A stretch of 63,619 nt of DNA, filler included, from 5 parts of 5 records of this genome joined end to end with filler, not necessarily neighbours in it, one strand, 5' to 3'. Positions 53,456 through 63,003 are shown, counted from the first letter of the whole stretch. Notes: a model not told the origin generated them from the letters alone. Numbers and translations: made by a program.

Positions 53456-55591
53456 TCATTTCTTTCTCCAAATCGTCATTTGTGCTATCGTATGCTGATA
53501 CTTCCTCGAAGTTTCCCGAATTACAAAAGGAACATCCGATGGTTCTTCCAGCAGTTCAAACCAATTCGACAACAGATCTTTCAAACCTTCAAAAGTAGTA
53601 TACGGCTCGCCATCCTTTCGATATCCACCAATCCAGTGTTCTTCATCTGTGAATTCCTCTAACCAAGTATAAGGAGATGTAATTACCAGAATTCCTCCAG
53701 CATTTATCCTATCTGGAATCTCACTTAAGAATTTCTTCGGATCATACAGTCGATCGATCAGGTTACCTGCAAAAACGAGATCATAGCCAGAGTACAAAGT
53801 TTTCAGATTACAAGCATCTGCTTGGAAGAATTCCACCTTCTCTCGCGAGTAATCCAAATCGAAGTCCGTCAGTTTAAACTCCTTAAAAGTGCTCAGTTTT
53901 CCTTCTTCCCTTCTTAAATAATTCAGTTTTCCTAATTCTTTCAACTGAGTTCCAATTCGAATAAAGCGAGCCGAAAAATCCAGCCCCGTTACTTTATCAA
54001 AATGCTTTGCCAATTCAAAGGTCATTCGTCCGGTTGCACATCCCAAATCCAAAGCAGTACTTTTATTTATGCCTTTTAAGTGCTTACTCATCAAACCAAT
54101 ACATGATAAGGCATAATTTTCAACCCCAAAGTACTTTTCTCCATACTGAAACTCACAATATTGCGACACCAACTCGTCGGTTTCATAATAATCAGCTTTT
54201 ACCTCTACCTCTTCTTCCGATTCGATATATCGGAATCCGGCATGCTGAAAAAAGTGTCTCCGGAAAGCATAACGAGAATCTCGAATCGCCAGGTTGCCCG
54301 TTGAAATCCACGAACCACCTTTAATCAGGTTGTGCTTGGCATCAAAGGTAGGAGTTGAAAAATCGTCGTAAAACGGATGAATCTCGAATCCGTCCAAGCC
54401 TGAAATTGGCATTTCCGTCCATTGCCAAACATTACCAATCACATCATAGAAACCATTCGTTTCAAATCGATTCACCGGACAAGAAGAAGCGTAATGCTCC
54501 AAATTAATATTCCCCGGCGCCTTCTCCCAATAAGGCTGATCATCAATTCCAGCCTGATCTCTCAACAAATAATATTCTGCCTCGCTTGGCATACGTATGC
54601 TTTTTCCTGTCTTCGCAGATTTCCAATTGCAAAATGCTTTCGCCTCCAGATAATTGACCTCAACAGGCCAATCCATTGGAAGAGCAATCTCCTCACTCAT
54701 CAGCCTAAGTTTCCAACTGTTTCTCTCTTGTTTCCAAAATATTGGATAGGTACATTTTTTGTATTGCACCCAATTCCATCCCTCTTCGGTCCACCATTTT
54801 TGATTCCCATAGCCCTCATCTTCTACAAACTCCATAAACTCCTGATTAGAAACCAAATACTTAGATGCATTAAAAGATTTAATTTCAGTTTGATAGCTTC
54901 CAAACTCATTGTCCCAACCATACAAAGCATTGCTTCTATCTTTTCCTATCGATACTCTTCCCGATGCTACTTTTAACAATTCATTCTTAGGAGCAATATG
55001 AGTTTGTTGGCAAGCTTTAAACAGATCCGTATTATGTACTTTCTCAACTGGCAGTTGACGAATCAAAACCGAGGACGTTTCAATATGAATTCTCTGATGT
55101 TCAATTCCCATTAAAATCACCCAAAAATCCGTTTCCCAATCAATTGGCATTTGCAAAGGCAATTCTTGTATCAATTTCTCAATCATTAACTTTACCTCAG
55201 CTCTGTACGCCTTAACTTCACTTACCTCTGGCCAATCGTAATGTTGTTCATTCAAATCATCCCACGACATTTCATCTACACCTACGGCAAAAATCGATTC
55301 AAATTTGGGATGAATACGATCATTTATAATTCCAGCTAAAATCAGTTTATTGATATAAAAAGTGGCAGTATGTCCGATGTAAAAAATCAAAGGATGACGC
55401 AGTGGATCTGCACGAAGGTAAAAAGCATCCTCATCAACCAAACTGTCGTACAGTCTGTCATCCAATTCCCAGGTCGCTTTAAAGTAGTTTAAAATCTCCT
55501 CTCTTTTTTCCTGAGGCGATCCTTCATTCAAAATGGGTGTTTTGGTCACTAAAATATCTCGAAATTCTCTTGTTTTAATAGTATTTTTCAT
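53456..55591 (-). CDS. ovoA: 5-histidylcysteine sulfoxide synthase / methyltransferase (ovothiol biosynthesis)
   Basis: LRHPLIFYIGHT, GIEHQRIHIETS iron motif, FGE-like domain (YGWDNEFG, GNVWQW, RYAFRRHFFQHAGFRY), C-terminal SAM MTase (LDLGCATG). Confidence 0.94.
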   Translation of the reverse strand: MKNTIKTREFRDILVTKTPILNEGSPQEKREEILNYFKATWELDDRLYDSLVDEDAFYLRADPLRHPLIFYIGHTATFYINKLILAGIINDRIHPKFESIFAVGVDEMSWDDLNEQHYDWPEVSEVKAYRAEVKLMIEKLIQELPLQMPIDWETDFWVILMGIEHQRIHIETSSVLIRQLPVEKVHNTDLFKACQQTHIAPKNELLKVASGRVSIGKDRSNALYGWDNEFGSYQTEIKSFNASKYLVSNQEFMEFVEDEGYGNQKWWTEEGWNWVQYKKCTYPIFWKQERNSWKLRLMSEEIALPMDWPVEVNYLEAKAFCNWKSAKTGKSIRMPSEAEYYLLRDQAGIDDQPYWEKAPGNINLEHYASSCPVNRFETNGFYDVIGNVWQWTEMPISGLDGFEIHPFYDDFSTPTFDAKHNLIKGGSWISTGNLAIRDSRYAFRRHFFQHAGFRYIESEEEVEVKADYYETDELVSQYCEFQYGEKYFGVENYALSCIGLMSKHLKGINKSTALDLGCATGRMTFELAKHFDKVTGLDFSARFIRIGTQLKELGKLNYLRREEGKLSTFKEFKLTDFDLDYSREKVEFFQADACNLKTLYSGYDLVFAGNLIDRLYDPKKFLSEIPDRINAGGILVITSPYTWLEEFTDEEHWIGGYRKDGEPYTTFEGLKDLLSNWFELLEEPSDVPFVIRETSRKYQHTIAQMTIWRKK

Positions 55592-55755
55592 TCTTCTATA
55601 AGGTTTTTTACAACGATATTGAAGGTAACGAAAAATACATGTTCAACAAAGGCATTCAATTACAGATATGGCTTTTAAGAAAGAATTAACATTTTACCAG
55701 CACTTGACACAACCATTATAAAATGATCGTTCTATTATAGAAAACAATGCATTTT

Positions 55756-56073
55756 CTATTTTTCGAAAAAAGTTTCCGATTCCACCTTACAAATTCTAAC
55801 AGAATAACTCTTGTACCACTCTTCTTTGCCCCTGTTTTGAGCAATTTGATGTGCCGGATGTGCTTGCCATCTCTTAATTGAATCAAGACTTTCCCAGTAA
55901 GACACTGTTATACCTAATTCTTCCCGTGCCGATTCAACACCTAAAAAGCCGGGTTGTGTGTGAGCCAATTCTATCATTGTATCTGCCATCTCGGAATAGC
56001 CATTATCACCTTCCGATCTCAAGGATGAAAAGATAACAGCATAATAGGGTGGTTTTATTGTCTTTGCAATCAT
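55756..56073 (-). CDS. antibiotic biosynthesis monooxygenase (ABM) family protein
   Basis: PPYYAVIFSS, QPGFLG, ITVSYW, H..AQ..G...WY; ATGA overlap with oxyR stop. Confidence 0.9.
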   Translation of the reverse strand: MIAKTIKPPYYAVIFSSLRSEGDNGYSEMADTMIELAHTQPGFLGVESAREELGITVSYWESLDSIKRWQAHPAHQIAQNRGKEEWYKSYSVRICKVESETFFEK

Positions 56074-57017
56074 TTCTCAACAAAATTAGTTTTTACAATC
56101 TCCTTCTTTTCCTTACTCAACATGTGCTTGGGAATACTATCCTGAATGGTTTCCATGACTGAATTCAACAAATTCCTTCTCACCTCACTCTCAAGGTGAA
56201 TCAAACTGACCTCCCGAACTTTTTCTATCCCTTTAATATCTTTCAACATCTCTTCCTGATCGGCAGGAATGGTAAGCGTTGCCAGTTCTGGCATAAAGGT
56301 TATTCCTCCCTTATATTCCACTATCCTTCTTAAAGCGTCAATATTATTACTTTCGTAGATTAAAGGACTATTCTTTTGAAAATCAACCGCACAAATATTG
56401 GTTACCTGATCCATAAAACAGTTCCCCTCTTTCAGCATCCAGATATCATTAAAGTCGATCTCATCCACTGCAATCTCATCCAATTTAAACAGCTCATGTC
56501 TATCTGAAATATACAAATAAAATCTTTCGTAAAAGATGGGCTGAATTTTGATATTACTTTTCGATTGAATTGGAGTTGAAATAATTCCTCCATGCAAACT
56601 GCCATCTTTTACACCTTGCAATATCTCCTCGGTAATAGCCTCTTTAATTCTCAAATTAATTTTTGGATATCTTTTGTTGAGTTCATCTACAAACAGTGGA
56701 ACTAAAAATGGTGATAAAGTCGGAATAATACCCAGACATAGATCTCCCTGAACTTCCTCGGAAAGTTGAAGGGCAAAATCCTCTAAATGTTTCGATTCGG
56801 TTAGTAAAGATTGTGCTTTCTGCAAAAATAACGCACCATTAACAGTAGCTTCAACACGTTTCGTGTTTCTGTCAAACAACTTTATTCCCAACTCCTCTTC
56901 CAATGCCTGAATTTGCAAACTCACAGCTGGTTGCGACACACCCATCGATTTTGCTACCCGACCATAACTACCCAAATTGCCCAATGCAATTGCATACTCA
57001 AGCTGTTTTAACGTCAT
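56070..57017 (-). CDS. oxyR: OxyR-like LysR regulator
   Basis: LysR HTH; GIIPTLSPFL; EGNCFMDQVTNIC keeps both redox cysteines with C-X8-C spacing. Confidence 0.82.
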   Translation of the reverse strand: MTLKQLEYAIALGNLGSYGRVAKSMGVSQPAVSLQIQALEEELGIKLFDRNTKRVEATVNGALFLQKAQSLLTESKHLEDFALQLSEEVQGDLCLGIIPTLSPFLVPLFVDELNKRYPKINLRIKEAITEEILQGVKDGSLHGGIISTPIQSKSNIKIQPIFYERFYLYISDRHELFKLDEIAVDEIDFNDIWMLKEGNCFMDQVTNICAVDFQKNSPLIYESNNIDALRRIVEYKGGITFMPELATLTIPADQEEMLKDIKGIEKVREVSLIHLESEVRRNLLNSVMETIQDSIPKHMLSKEKKEIVKTNFVEK

Positions 57018-57022
57018 TCTTT

Positions 57023-57067
57023 ATAATATTTTATTATTAGAATATAAATCTAATTAAAATATCTAAT
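57023..57067. promoter_or_regulatory. candidate LysR/OxyR operator boxes
   Basis: ATAA-N7-TTAT 57023-57037 and ATTA-N7-TAAT 57053-57067 directly upstream of oxyR. Confidence 0.4.
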
Positions 57068-57329
57068 ATTTACCTTTAAACTATAACACCCTAAATATCT
57101 TCAACAAAAGCTTCATATTCTAATAAAACACAGAAGATTGTAGCCAATTGCAATATACAGGGACCATTTTTGAACGCCTTGCAGGATGGTATCTTTTTTA
57201 AATATCTATCATTTCACGAAAACATTAGTAAGATAGGATAGTTGAGAACTTTGTTCGAAAATCATCCGACCGCACTTAAGTTTGAGACAAATAAGAGAGA
57301 AATTTTAAAAGCCACCTTGAATTTCTTTG

Positions 57330-57384
57330 CTTCGTTTCTTGTTTCAAGACAAGAAATGAGGTCGGGTTTGGGCGGACAGCCCAA
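57330..57384. repeat. REP-like double-hairpin element
   Basis: 13-bp stem CTTCGTTTCTTGT / ACAAGAAATGAGG (two G-T pairs) followed by TTGGGC-ggaca-GCCCAA. Confidence 0.55.
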
Positions 57385-57493
57385 TTAATCAATTTTTGGT
57401 CAACACTAATCTTTAGAATATAAATAATACTTGCCTTGAATAGAATATCAACTTTTATTGCATCCCAAGAGCTAAAAAAAGCGGTTTGTTTAC

Positions 57494-57501
57494 TAACTTT
57501 G
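57494..57501 (+). promoter_or_regulatory. Bacteroidota housekeeping promoter -7 element
   Basis: TAACTTTG matches TAnnTTTG, upstream of mtnN. Confidence 0.55.
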
Positions 57502-57558
57502 CAAATCAATAAAATCGCGTATCGTTTATATGATACCATTACTTGGTACTATAAGATT

Positions 57559-58257
57559 ATGAAAGTAGGAATAATAGGTGCTATGGAAATCGAAGTAGTA
57601 AAACTTCGAGCTCTATTAGCCAATAAAAATGAACAAAAAATAGGCGGATTCGTCTTTTATACTGGCAATTTAAACGGAGCTGAAATTGTTCTATTGCAAT
57701 CAGGAATTGGTAAGGTAAATGCCGCTATTGGAGCAGCTTTAATGATTGACAATTTCAATCCTGATTTTGTAATCAACACAGGTGCTGCAGGTGGATTCCC
57801 TGGTGACTTAACCGTTGGTGATATTGTAATCTCAACTCAGGTAATTCATCATGATATGGATTGTACTGTTTTTGGCTACAAACACGGTCAGGTTCCCGGA
57901 ATGCCAGAAAGCTTTATTGCAGATGAAAAACTAATCGATTTAGCTGACAAGTGCATTCACCGATTGACCGATTTAAATACCAAGAAAGCAAGCATTCTAA
58001 CTGGCGATCAGTTCATGAACAATGCCGATGCTACCAAGAAAATAAAGAATATGTTTCCTGATGCCGAGGCTGTGGAAATGGAAGGCGCTGCTATAGCTCA
58101 AACCTGTCATCGCTTTCAAATTCCTTTTGTAGTTATCCGATCAATTTCGGATATTGCAGGTCAGGAAAATGCTGTAGAATATGAAGAGTTTGTCGAAACA
58201 GCAGCAATTAACTCAGCCAAAATGGTTGTGGAAATGACAAACGAATTGGGAAACTAG
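57559..58257 (+). CDS. mtnN: 5'-methylthioadenosine/S-adenosylhomocysteine nucleosidase
   Basis: MKVGIIGAMEIE, SGIGKVNAA, TGDQF, VEMEGAA, RSISD; start moved to 57559. Confidence 0.96.
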   Translation: MKVGIIGAMEIEVVKLRALLANKNEQKIGGFVFYTGNLNGAEIVLLQSGIGKVNAAIGAALMIDNFNPDFVINTGAAGGFPGDLTVGDIVISTQVIHHDMDCTVFGYKHGQVPGMPESFIADEKLIDLADKCIHRLTDLNTKKASILTGDQFMNNADATKKIKNMFPDAEAVEMEGAAIAQTCHRFQIPFVVIRSISDIAGQENAVEYEEFVETAAINSAKMVVEMTNELGN

Positions 58258-58271
58258 AAAAAAAAGAAATT

Positions 58272-58751
58272 ATGGAAAAAATAGCAAGCTTTACAGTAGA
58301 TCACAACAAACTAAAGCGTGGAATTTATGTTTCTCGTCAAGATACCGTAGGTGCTGAAACAATTACCACTTTTGATATCAGAACAAAATTAGCAAATCAG
58401 GAACCTGCAATGGACATTCCTGCAATGCACACCATGGAGCACTTGGGAGCAACATTCCTGAGAAACCACAAGGAATGGTCGGACAAAACGATCTACTTTG
58501 GACCAATGGGTTGTAGAACAGGATTCTATATTATCTTACACGGCGATTTAGAATCAAAGAATATTATTGATCTTACCAAAGAAATGTTCGATTTTATGGC
58601 TGAGTTTGAAGGTGAAATACCAGGAACAAATAAAATTGAATGTGGGAATTATGTGAGTCATGATTTAACTGTTGCTAAATGGGAATCAGACAAATACAGA
58701 AAAGAAGTTCTTTCTAACTTACAAGATGAGAACCTTTCTTACCCTCAATAG
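58272..58751 (+). CDS. luxS: S-ribosylhomocysteine lyase
   Basis: SFTVDH, HTMEH, GPMGCRTG, ECGNY. Confidence 0.97.
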   Translation: MEKIASFTVDHNKLKRGIYVSRQDTVGAETITTFDIRTKLANQEPAMDIPAMHTMEHLGATFLRNHKEWSDKTIYFGPMGCRTGFYIILHGDLESKNIIDLTKEMFDFMAEFEGEIPGTNKIECGNYVSHDLTVAKWESDKYRKEVLSNLQDENLSYPQ

Positions 58752-58770
58752 AAAAGCTAAAAATATTTCA

Positions 58771-58808
58771 AGAAGGCTGTTACATATAAAAAGTACCAGC
58801 TTTTTTTT
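58771..58808 (+). terminator. intrinsic terminator
   Basis: AAGGCTG / CAGCTTT stem followed by T-run. Confidence 0.65.
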
Positions 58809-58852
58809 GCTTAATTTTTCATAAATTTAAGCAATTGCAATTAAAACAACTC

Positions 58853-59302
58853 ATGAAGGTTTCAACTACCCGCTTTTGTGTTATTACCATTCTAATTTTA
58901 TTAATTCCCATTTATGGAAATTGGAAATTGTTGCTTAATGGTGAAAAAGCAATTGGAATTGTCATTAAAACCGACAAAGAAAGGATGGGACAATTGTTTT
59001 CATACTATTCTATCATTAAATTTGAAGTTGACGAAAAAACTTACTTCATAAAAGGTCCCGAAAATATTGAATTACCAACAGGAAAAAAATTCACTATTCT
59101 TTACCATCCAAAACAACCTACTGATTCAATAATATTCAATCTTCGTGGCATTTACTTTAACCGACTAACTGCCTTCTCATTAGTATTGTTTATTTTATGG
59201 ATGGCATTTTACCTTAGTTTTTCTCCGAAAAGTGAAAAACGAAAATCCAATCAAGAATGGTTCAAGCCACCTAGGTACGAAAACAAGAATAAACTAAGCT
59301 AA
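58853..59302 (+). CDS. DUF3592-like membrane protein
   Basis: TM, G.V..IKF...Y..G....LYHP..P pattern, TM. Confidence 0.6.
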   Translation: MKVSTTRFCVITILILLIPIYGNWKLLLNGEKAIGIVIKTDKERMGQLFSYYSIIKFEVDEKTYFIKGPENIELPTGKKFTILYHPKQPTDSIIFNLRGIYFNRLTAFSLVLFILWMAFYLSFSPKSEKRKSNQEWFKPPRYENKNKLS

Positions 59303-59355
59303 AACATTAGCTTTAAACCTATTTTCAATCTTTTTAAGTTTTGTTCACATTCAGT

Positions 59356-59371
59356 TGGCACACTACTTGCA
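59356..59371 (+). promoter_or_regulatory. sigma54 (-24/-12) promoter
   Basis: TGGCAC-actac-TTGCA, matching TGGCAC-N5-TTGCW. Confidence 0.8.
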
Positions 59372-59432
59372 TCTCCCCTAACGTCCGAACAATAAATCGG
59401 CATCAGGATAAAAATAATATCAATTGAAAAAT

Positions 59433-60023
59433 ATGAAGACAATACTTACAACAGCAATTATAATTGCATTGGGAATTACAAATTTCTCTACCTCTTTTGC
59501 TCAAGAAAAAGAACTAAGCAAAGAAGAGAGAAAGGAACTTAGAAAAGAGAAGAAAGCAAAACGAAAGGCAGAAAGAAAACTATATGAAGAAGCCAGACAT
59601 AAAGAAGCCTATCAGGCACTTAAAGATCTAGACTTTGTATTAGAAGCTCACACCTTATATAATAAAAGAGGACATTCAAAAAACGTATCCGATAATTTAA
59701 ACTTCATCTCTGTAAAAGGTAAAAAAGCCGTTGTTCAGCTAGCATTTAACAACCACAATGGTATAAATGGACTTGGTGGAATTACAGTAAGTGGCAAAAT
59801 TTCTAACGAAGAATATATTGAAGATAAAAATGGCAATCTATTGCTCACATTTAATGTGATGGGATCTGTGTTAAATGCTGAAGTTCGTATCTCTTTGGGT
59901 AGTTCAGGCAATGATGCAGACGCGAATGTAGATGCAACTACAAAAAGTGGTAAATTAAAATTTAGAGGCAAATTGCTTCCTAGAGATAAATCAACAATTT
60001 TTAAAAGTGGAATAGAGTATTAA
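59433..60023 (+). CDS. DUF4251-family exported protein
   Basis: Signal peptide, Lys/Glu-rich helix, FVLEA..NFI...QL...NGLGGIT. Confidence 0.8.
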   Translation: MKTILTTAIIIALGITNFSTSFAQEKELSKEERKELRKEKKAKRKAERKLYEEARHKEAYQALKDLDFVLEAHTLYNKRGHSKNVSDNLNFISVKGKKAVVQLAFNNHNGINGLGGITVSGKISNEEYIEDKNGNLLLTFNVMGSVLNAEVRISLGSSGNDADANVDATTKSGKLKFRGKLLPRDKSTIFKSGIEY

Positions 60024-60097
60024 ACTAATAAATACAAACTCCTACTTTACTTGAAATAACACACCTTACAACTAATCATATTTATAATCCTGAATAC

Positions 60098-60113
60098 TGG
60101 CATAATAATTGCA
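60098..60113 (+). promoter_or_regulatory. sigma54 (-24/-12) promoter
   Basis: TGGCAT-aataa-TTGCA. Confidence 0.75.
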
Positions 60114-60154
60114 TAAGTTTTATTATTAATTAATCACTAAATCAAAAAAATTAT

Positions 60155-60769
60155 ATGATGAACAAACTATGTATTTATTTCATTATCATTTTAATTACAG
60201 CATTAAATGTTGATGTTAATGCTCAAAATGAAATCCAGACTAACAATCAAAATCGGGAAAATAAAAAACAAGAACGTCAAAACAAAAGAAAAAAAAAGAA
60301 TGCTCACAATTATTTAATATATCAAGATGTCGTAAAGGCAATAAAATCCAAACAGTTTGTTCTTCAAGCGAATTCGATTACAGATAAAAGAACTCACAAT
60401 CCATTTCGTAAAGGTGATATTACAAAGCAAGTTTCAAATCAGCTCAATTTTATTAAAATAAACGAAAATAATGGTTGTATACAACTTGTTTGGAATGAAG
60501 ATAAAGGTGAGAATGGAATAGGAGGCATAACGGTAAATGGAATAATATCCGACTATGAAATAAAAGGAGAACGCGGTAAAAATCAGTACATTACATTTCA
60601 CGTAATGGGTGCAAAATTAAATGCTGATATCCGTATCACTTTATATAAGTCAAACAATAAGGCTGAAGCTATAATTAACGAGAGTAATACTGGTAAAAAA
60701 GTTCGAATAAATGGATTTATACTTCCTTTAAAAAATTCTGATTACTATAAAAGTGGAAGATCTATATAA
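60155..60769 (+). CDS. DUF4251-family exported protein, paralog of 59433-60023
   Basis: Signal peptide, FVLQA..LNFI...QL...NGIGGITV.G..F.VMG..LNA..RI..KSG. Confidence 0.8.
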   Translation: MMNKLCIYFIIILITALNVDVNAQNEIQTNNQNRENKKQERQNKRKKKNAHNYLIYQDVVKAIKSKQFVLQANSITDKRTHNPFRKGDITKQVSNQLNFIKINENNGCIQLVWNEDKGENGIGGITVNGIISDYEIKGERGKNQYITFHVMGAKLNADIRITLYKSNNKAEAIINESNTGKKVRINGFILPLKNSDYYKSGRSI

Positions 60770-60778
60770 GGAATTAAT

Positions 60779-60809
60779 AAACGCTGTCTTAAAAAGGCAG
60801 CGTTTTTTT
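60779..60809 (+). terminator. intrinsic terminator
   Basis: AAACGCTGTCTT / AAGGCAGCGTTT then T-run. Confidence 0.85.
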
Positions 60810-60865
60810 ATACCCAAAACTCGCATAGCACAAATATCGGTTCTATCTTTGCAGGCTGAACAAAG

Positions 60866-62848
60866 ATGAGAAAAATGAATAAGCCTGAATTATTATTACC
60901 CGTTGGAAATCCTGAAATGTTTCACGCTGCTGTTAAAGGTGGAGCTGATGCCGTATATCTTGGACTTCGTCAGTTTAATGCTCGAGGACGAGCTTCTAAT
61001 TTTACAACTGGACAACTTCAGGCTCTCTTGAAGATCGCTAAAAAGAACAATATCAAGGTTTACCTAACCCTGAACACAGTAATTAAGAACGAAGAACTAT
61101 CTGATTTACTAGATACTTTGTTTCTAATACAGAAAACTGATATTAGTGCCATAATTATTCAAGATTGGGGTGTGTACCATTTGGTAAAAAAGCATTTCCC
61201 AAAAATTACCGTTCACGCAAGTACACAAATGGCACATCATAACTCTTTGGGTGCCATTTATTGCAAGGAGAAAGATTTTGAGAGAGCTGTAATGGCTCGA
61301 GAGCTGACTTTACCAGAACTAAAAGAGATCAAACAGAAGTCGGATATTGAATTGGAAATATTCATGCACGGAGCTTTGTGCTACTCCTTCTCAGGCATGT
61401 GTTTGTTCAGTAGCTTTTTGGGTGGTAGTGGTGCTAACAGAGGTTTGTGTGCTCAACCTTGTCGTAGATATTTCGAAACGGGCAATAAAACCCAATACGT
61501 CTTCAGTTTAAAGGACAATCAAGCGGTTGATGTCTTACCAGAATTGATGAAAATGGGTGTTGAATCCATAAAAATAGAAGGAAGATTAAAGCCAGCTGAG
61601 TTTGTTTACAATGTTTCCAAAGCCTACCGTAAAGTTTTGGATGATAATGATGTAAAATCAGCTAAGGAAATTCTTGCTTTTGATATGGGGCGTGAGAAAA
61701 CCGGATATTTTTTAGCTGGAAACGTAAATCAGGCAATAACAGAAAATACAAACACAGGTATTTTAGTTGGATCTGTTGAAAAACGAACCAAAGATACCAT
61801 TATCTTCACCTCAAGCCACGAAATTCAATTAGGAAATAGAATACGCTTTAAGCAACAAAATGGTGAACCTCAAAAAGCCATTAAAGTAAAAGATTTTAAA
61901 TCCTTAAGCGAAGGATGTTATCAAATTGATGCTGGAAACACCAAAGCACAAAGAGGAGATCAGGTTTATTTAGCCGGAATGAATCAAGAAAAATTCCCAA
62001 GCAAATTTCAGGACGAGGGAAAACCGTTTAAAGCAAGCATGCATAGAACTGAGAAAGCAAAAATTATTAAAAGCTTAGGTTCTAAAAACATTCCTCAAAA
62101 AGAACAAATCTATGTTCGTATCGATTCATTGGCATGGCTTCGTAAAATTCATTTAAACGAAATGAATTATCTGATTTTAAATCTAAAGAAATCAGAATGG
62201 GAAGAGTTGAAATGGGATGTTCCTTTTCTACAGAAGAATGCTCATAAAATAATGATTGAATTGCCTAAGTTCATTCCTGAAAAGGATTTACCTTTTTACA
62301 AACAGCTTTGTAAAACAGCAATGAGAAAAGGCTATCAGAATTTTATGCTGAGTCATATCTCTCAGAAACTATTACTTCCCAAAAAAGCGAGAATTGCTTG
62401 TAACGAAAATGTATACTTATTTAATGATGCGGCAGTAGCTCATCTTCGCGAGGAAAGAATTAATCTATTCACACATCCTCAAGAAAATGATTTAGAGAAC
62501 CTGATCAAAGGAAACGATCGATTCGGAATTGTCCCGGTCTACTTCTACCCTCAATTGTTCTATTCTCGTATGCCTGTAAAAACAGTAAATGATGAACTGA
62601 TTGATGACATGCAAGGTGAATACGACAAGGAACTTCGTGATGGAATCACCATTGTTTATCCGAAACATCCAGTAACATGGATGCAACAAAAAAATAAACT
62701 GCACAAAGAAGGATTTCGTCGTTTCTTAATTGATTTAACTCATGAGAAAGTATCCTCGAATAGTTTTAAAAGATTAATGAAGAATTTCCAGCAAGCCAAG
62801 CAGGTTCAACCATCCACCAGTTTTAATATGAAAAAAGGATTAAAATAA
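60866..62848 (+). CDS. peptidase U32 family protein (RlhA/TrhP-like Fe-S RNA hydroxylase)
   Basis: GADAVYLG, HASTQ, HGALCYSFSGMC..ANRGLCAQPCR, KIEGR; TATCTTTG promoter element at 60844. Confidence 0.88.
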   Translation: MRKMNKPELLLPVGNPEMFHAAVKGGADAVYLGLRQFNARGRASNFTTGQLQALLKIAKKNNIKVYLTLNTVIKNEELSDLLDTLFLIQKTDISAIIIQDWGVYHLVKKHFPKITVHASTQMAHHNSLGAIYCKEKDFERAVMARELTLPELKEIKQKSDIELEIFMHGALCYSFSGMCLFSSFLGGSGANRGLCAQPCRRYFETGNKTQYVFSLKDNQAVDVLPELMKMGVESIKIEGRLKPAEFVYNVSKAYRKVLDDNDVKSAKEILAFDMGREKTGYFLAGNVNQAITENTNTGILVGSVEKRTKDTIIFTSSHEIQLGNRIRFKQQNGEPQKAIKVKDFKSLSEGCYQIDAGNTKAQRGDQVYLAGMNQEKFPSKFQDEGKPFKASMHRTEKAKIIKSLGSKNIPQKEQIYVRIDSLAWLRKIHLNEMNYLILNLKKSEWEELKWDVPFLQKNAHKIMIELPKFIPEKDLPFYKQLCKTAMRKGYQNFMLSHISQKLLLPKKARIACNENVYLFNDAAVAHLREERINLFTHPQENDLENLIKGNDRFGIVPVYFYPQLFYSRMPVKTVNDELIDDMQGEYDKELRDGITIVYPKHPVTWMQQKNKLHKEGFRRFLIDLTHEKVSSNSFKRLMKNFQQAKQVQPSTSFNMKKGLK

Positions 62849-62858
62849 TGAAGATTTT

Positions 62859-62894
62859 AAAATGAGTAATTGTCAATTGATAATTGCTCATTTT
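62859..62894. terminator. long hairpin after the U32 gene
   Basis: AAAATGAGTAATTGTC / GATAATTGCTCATTTT. Confidence 0.65.
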
Positions 62895-63003
62895 TAATTA
62901 AAAAAGTATGTTACGAAACCATTAATTTCATAAGGAAAAGCAGACGATTTTTATTACTTTGGCAGTCGAACAATTTTAAGTATTAATTACTAAACCTAAC
63001 AAA

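Noticed and set aside
54422-54976. 184-aa antisense ORF inside ovoA, and other short antisense ORFs in the track
   Set aside because: Shadow ORFs of well-supported genes with no motifs or RBS
53456-55591. Selenium variant (ovoselenol or selenoneine pathway)
   Set aside because: No selenophosphate synthetase or selenosugar synthase gene nearby; the three-domain architecture fits ordinary OvoA
57276-57558. 87-aa minus-strand ORF and the N-terminal extension of mtnN from 57436
   Set aside because: Both run across promoter DNA, and the minus-strand ORF also crosses the repeat; mtnN homology starts at 57559
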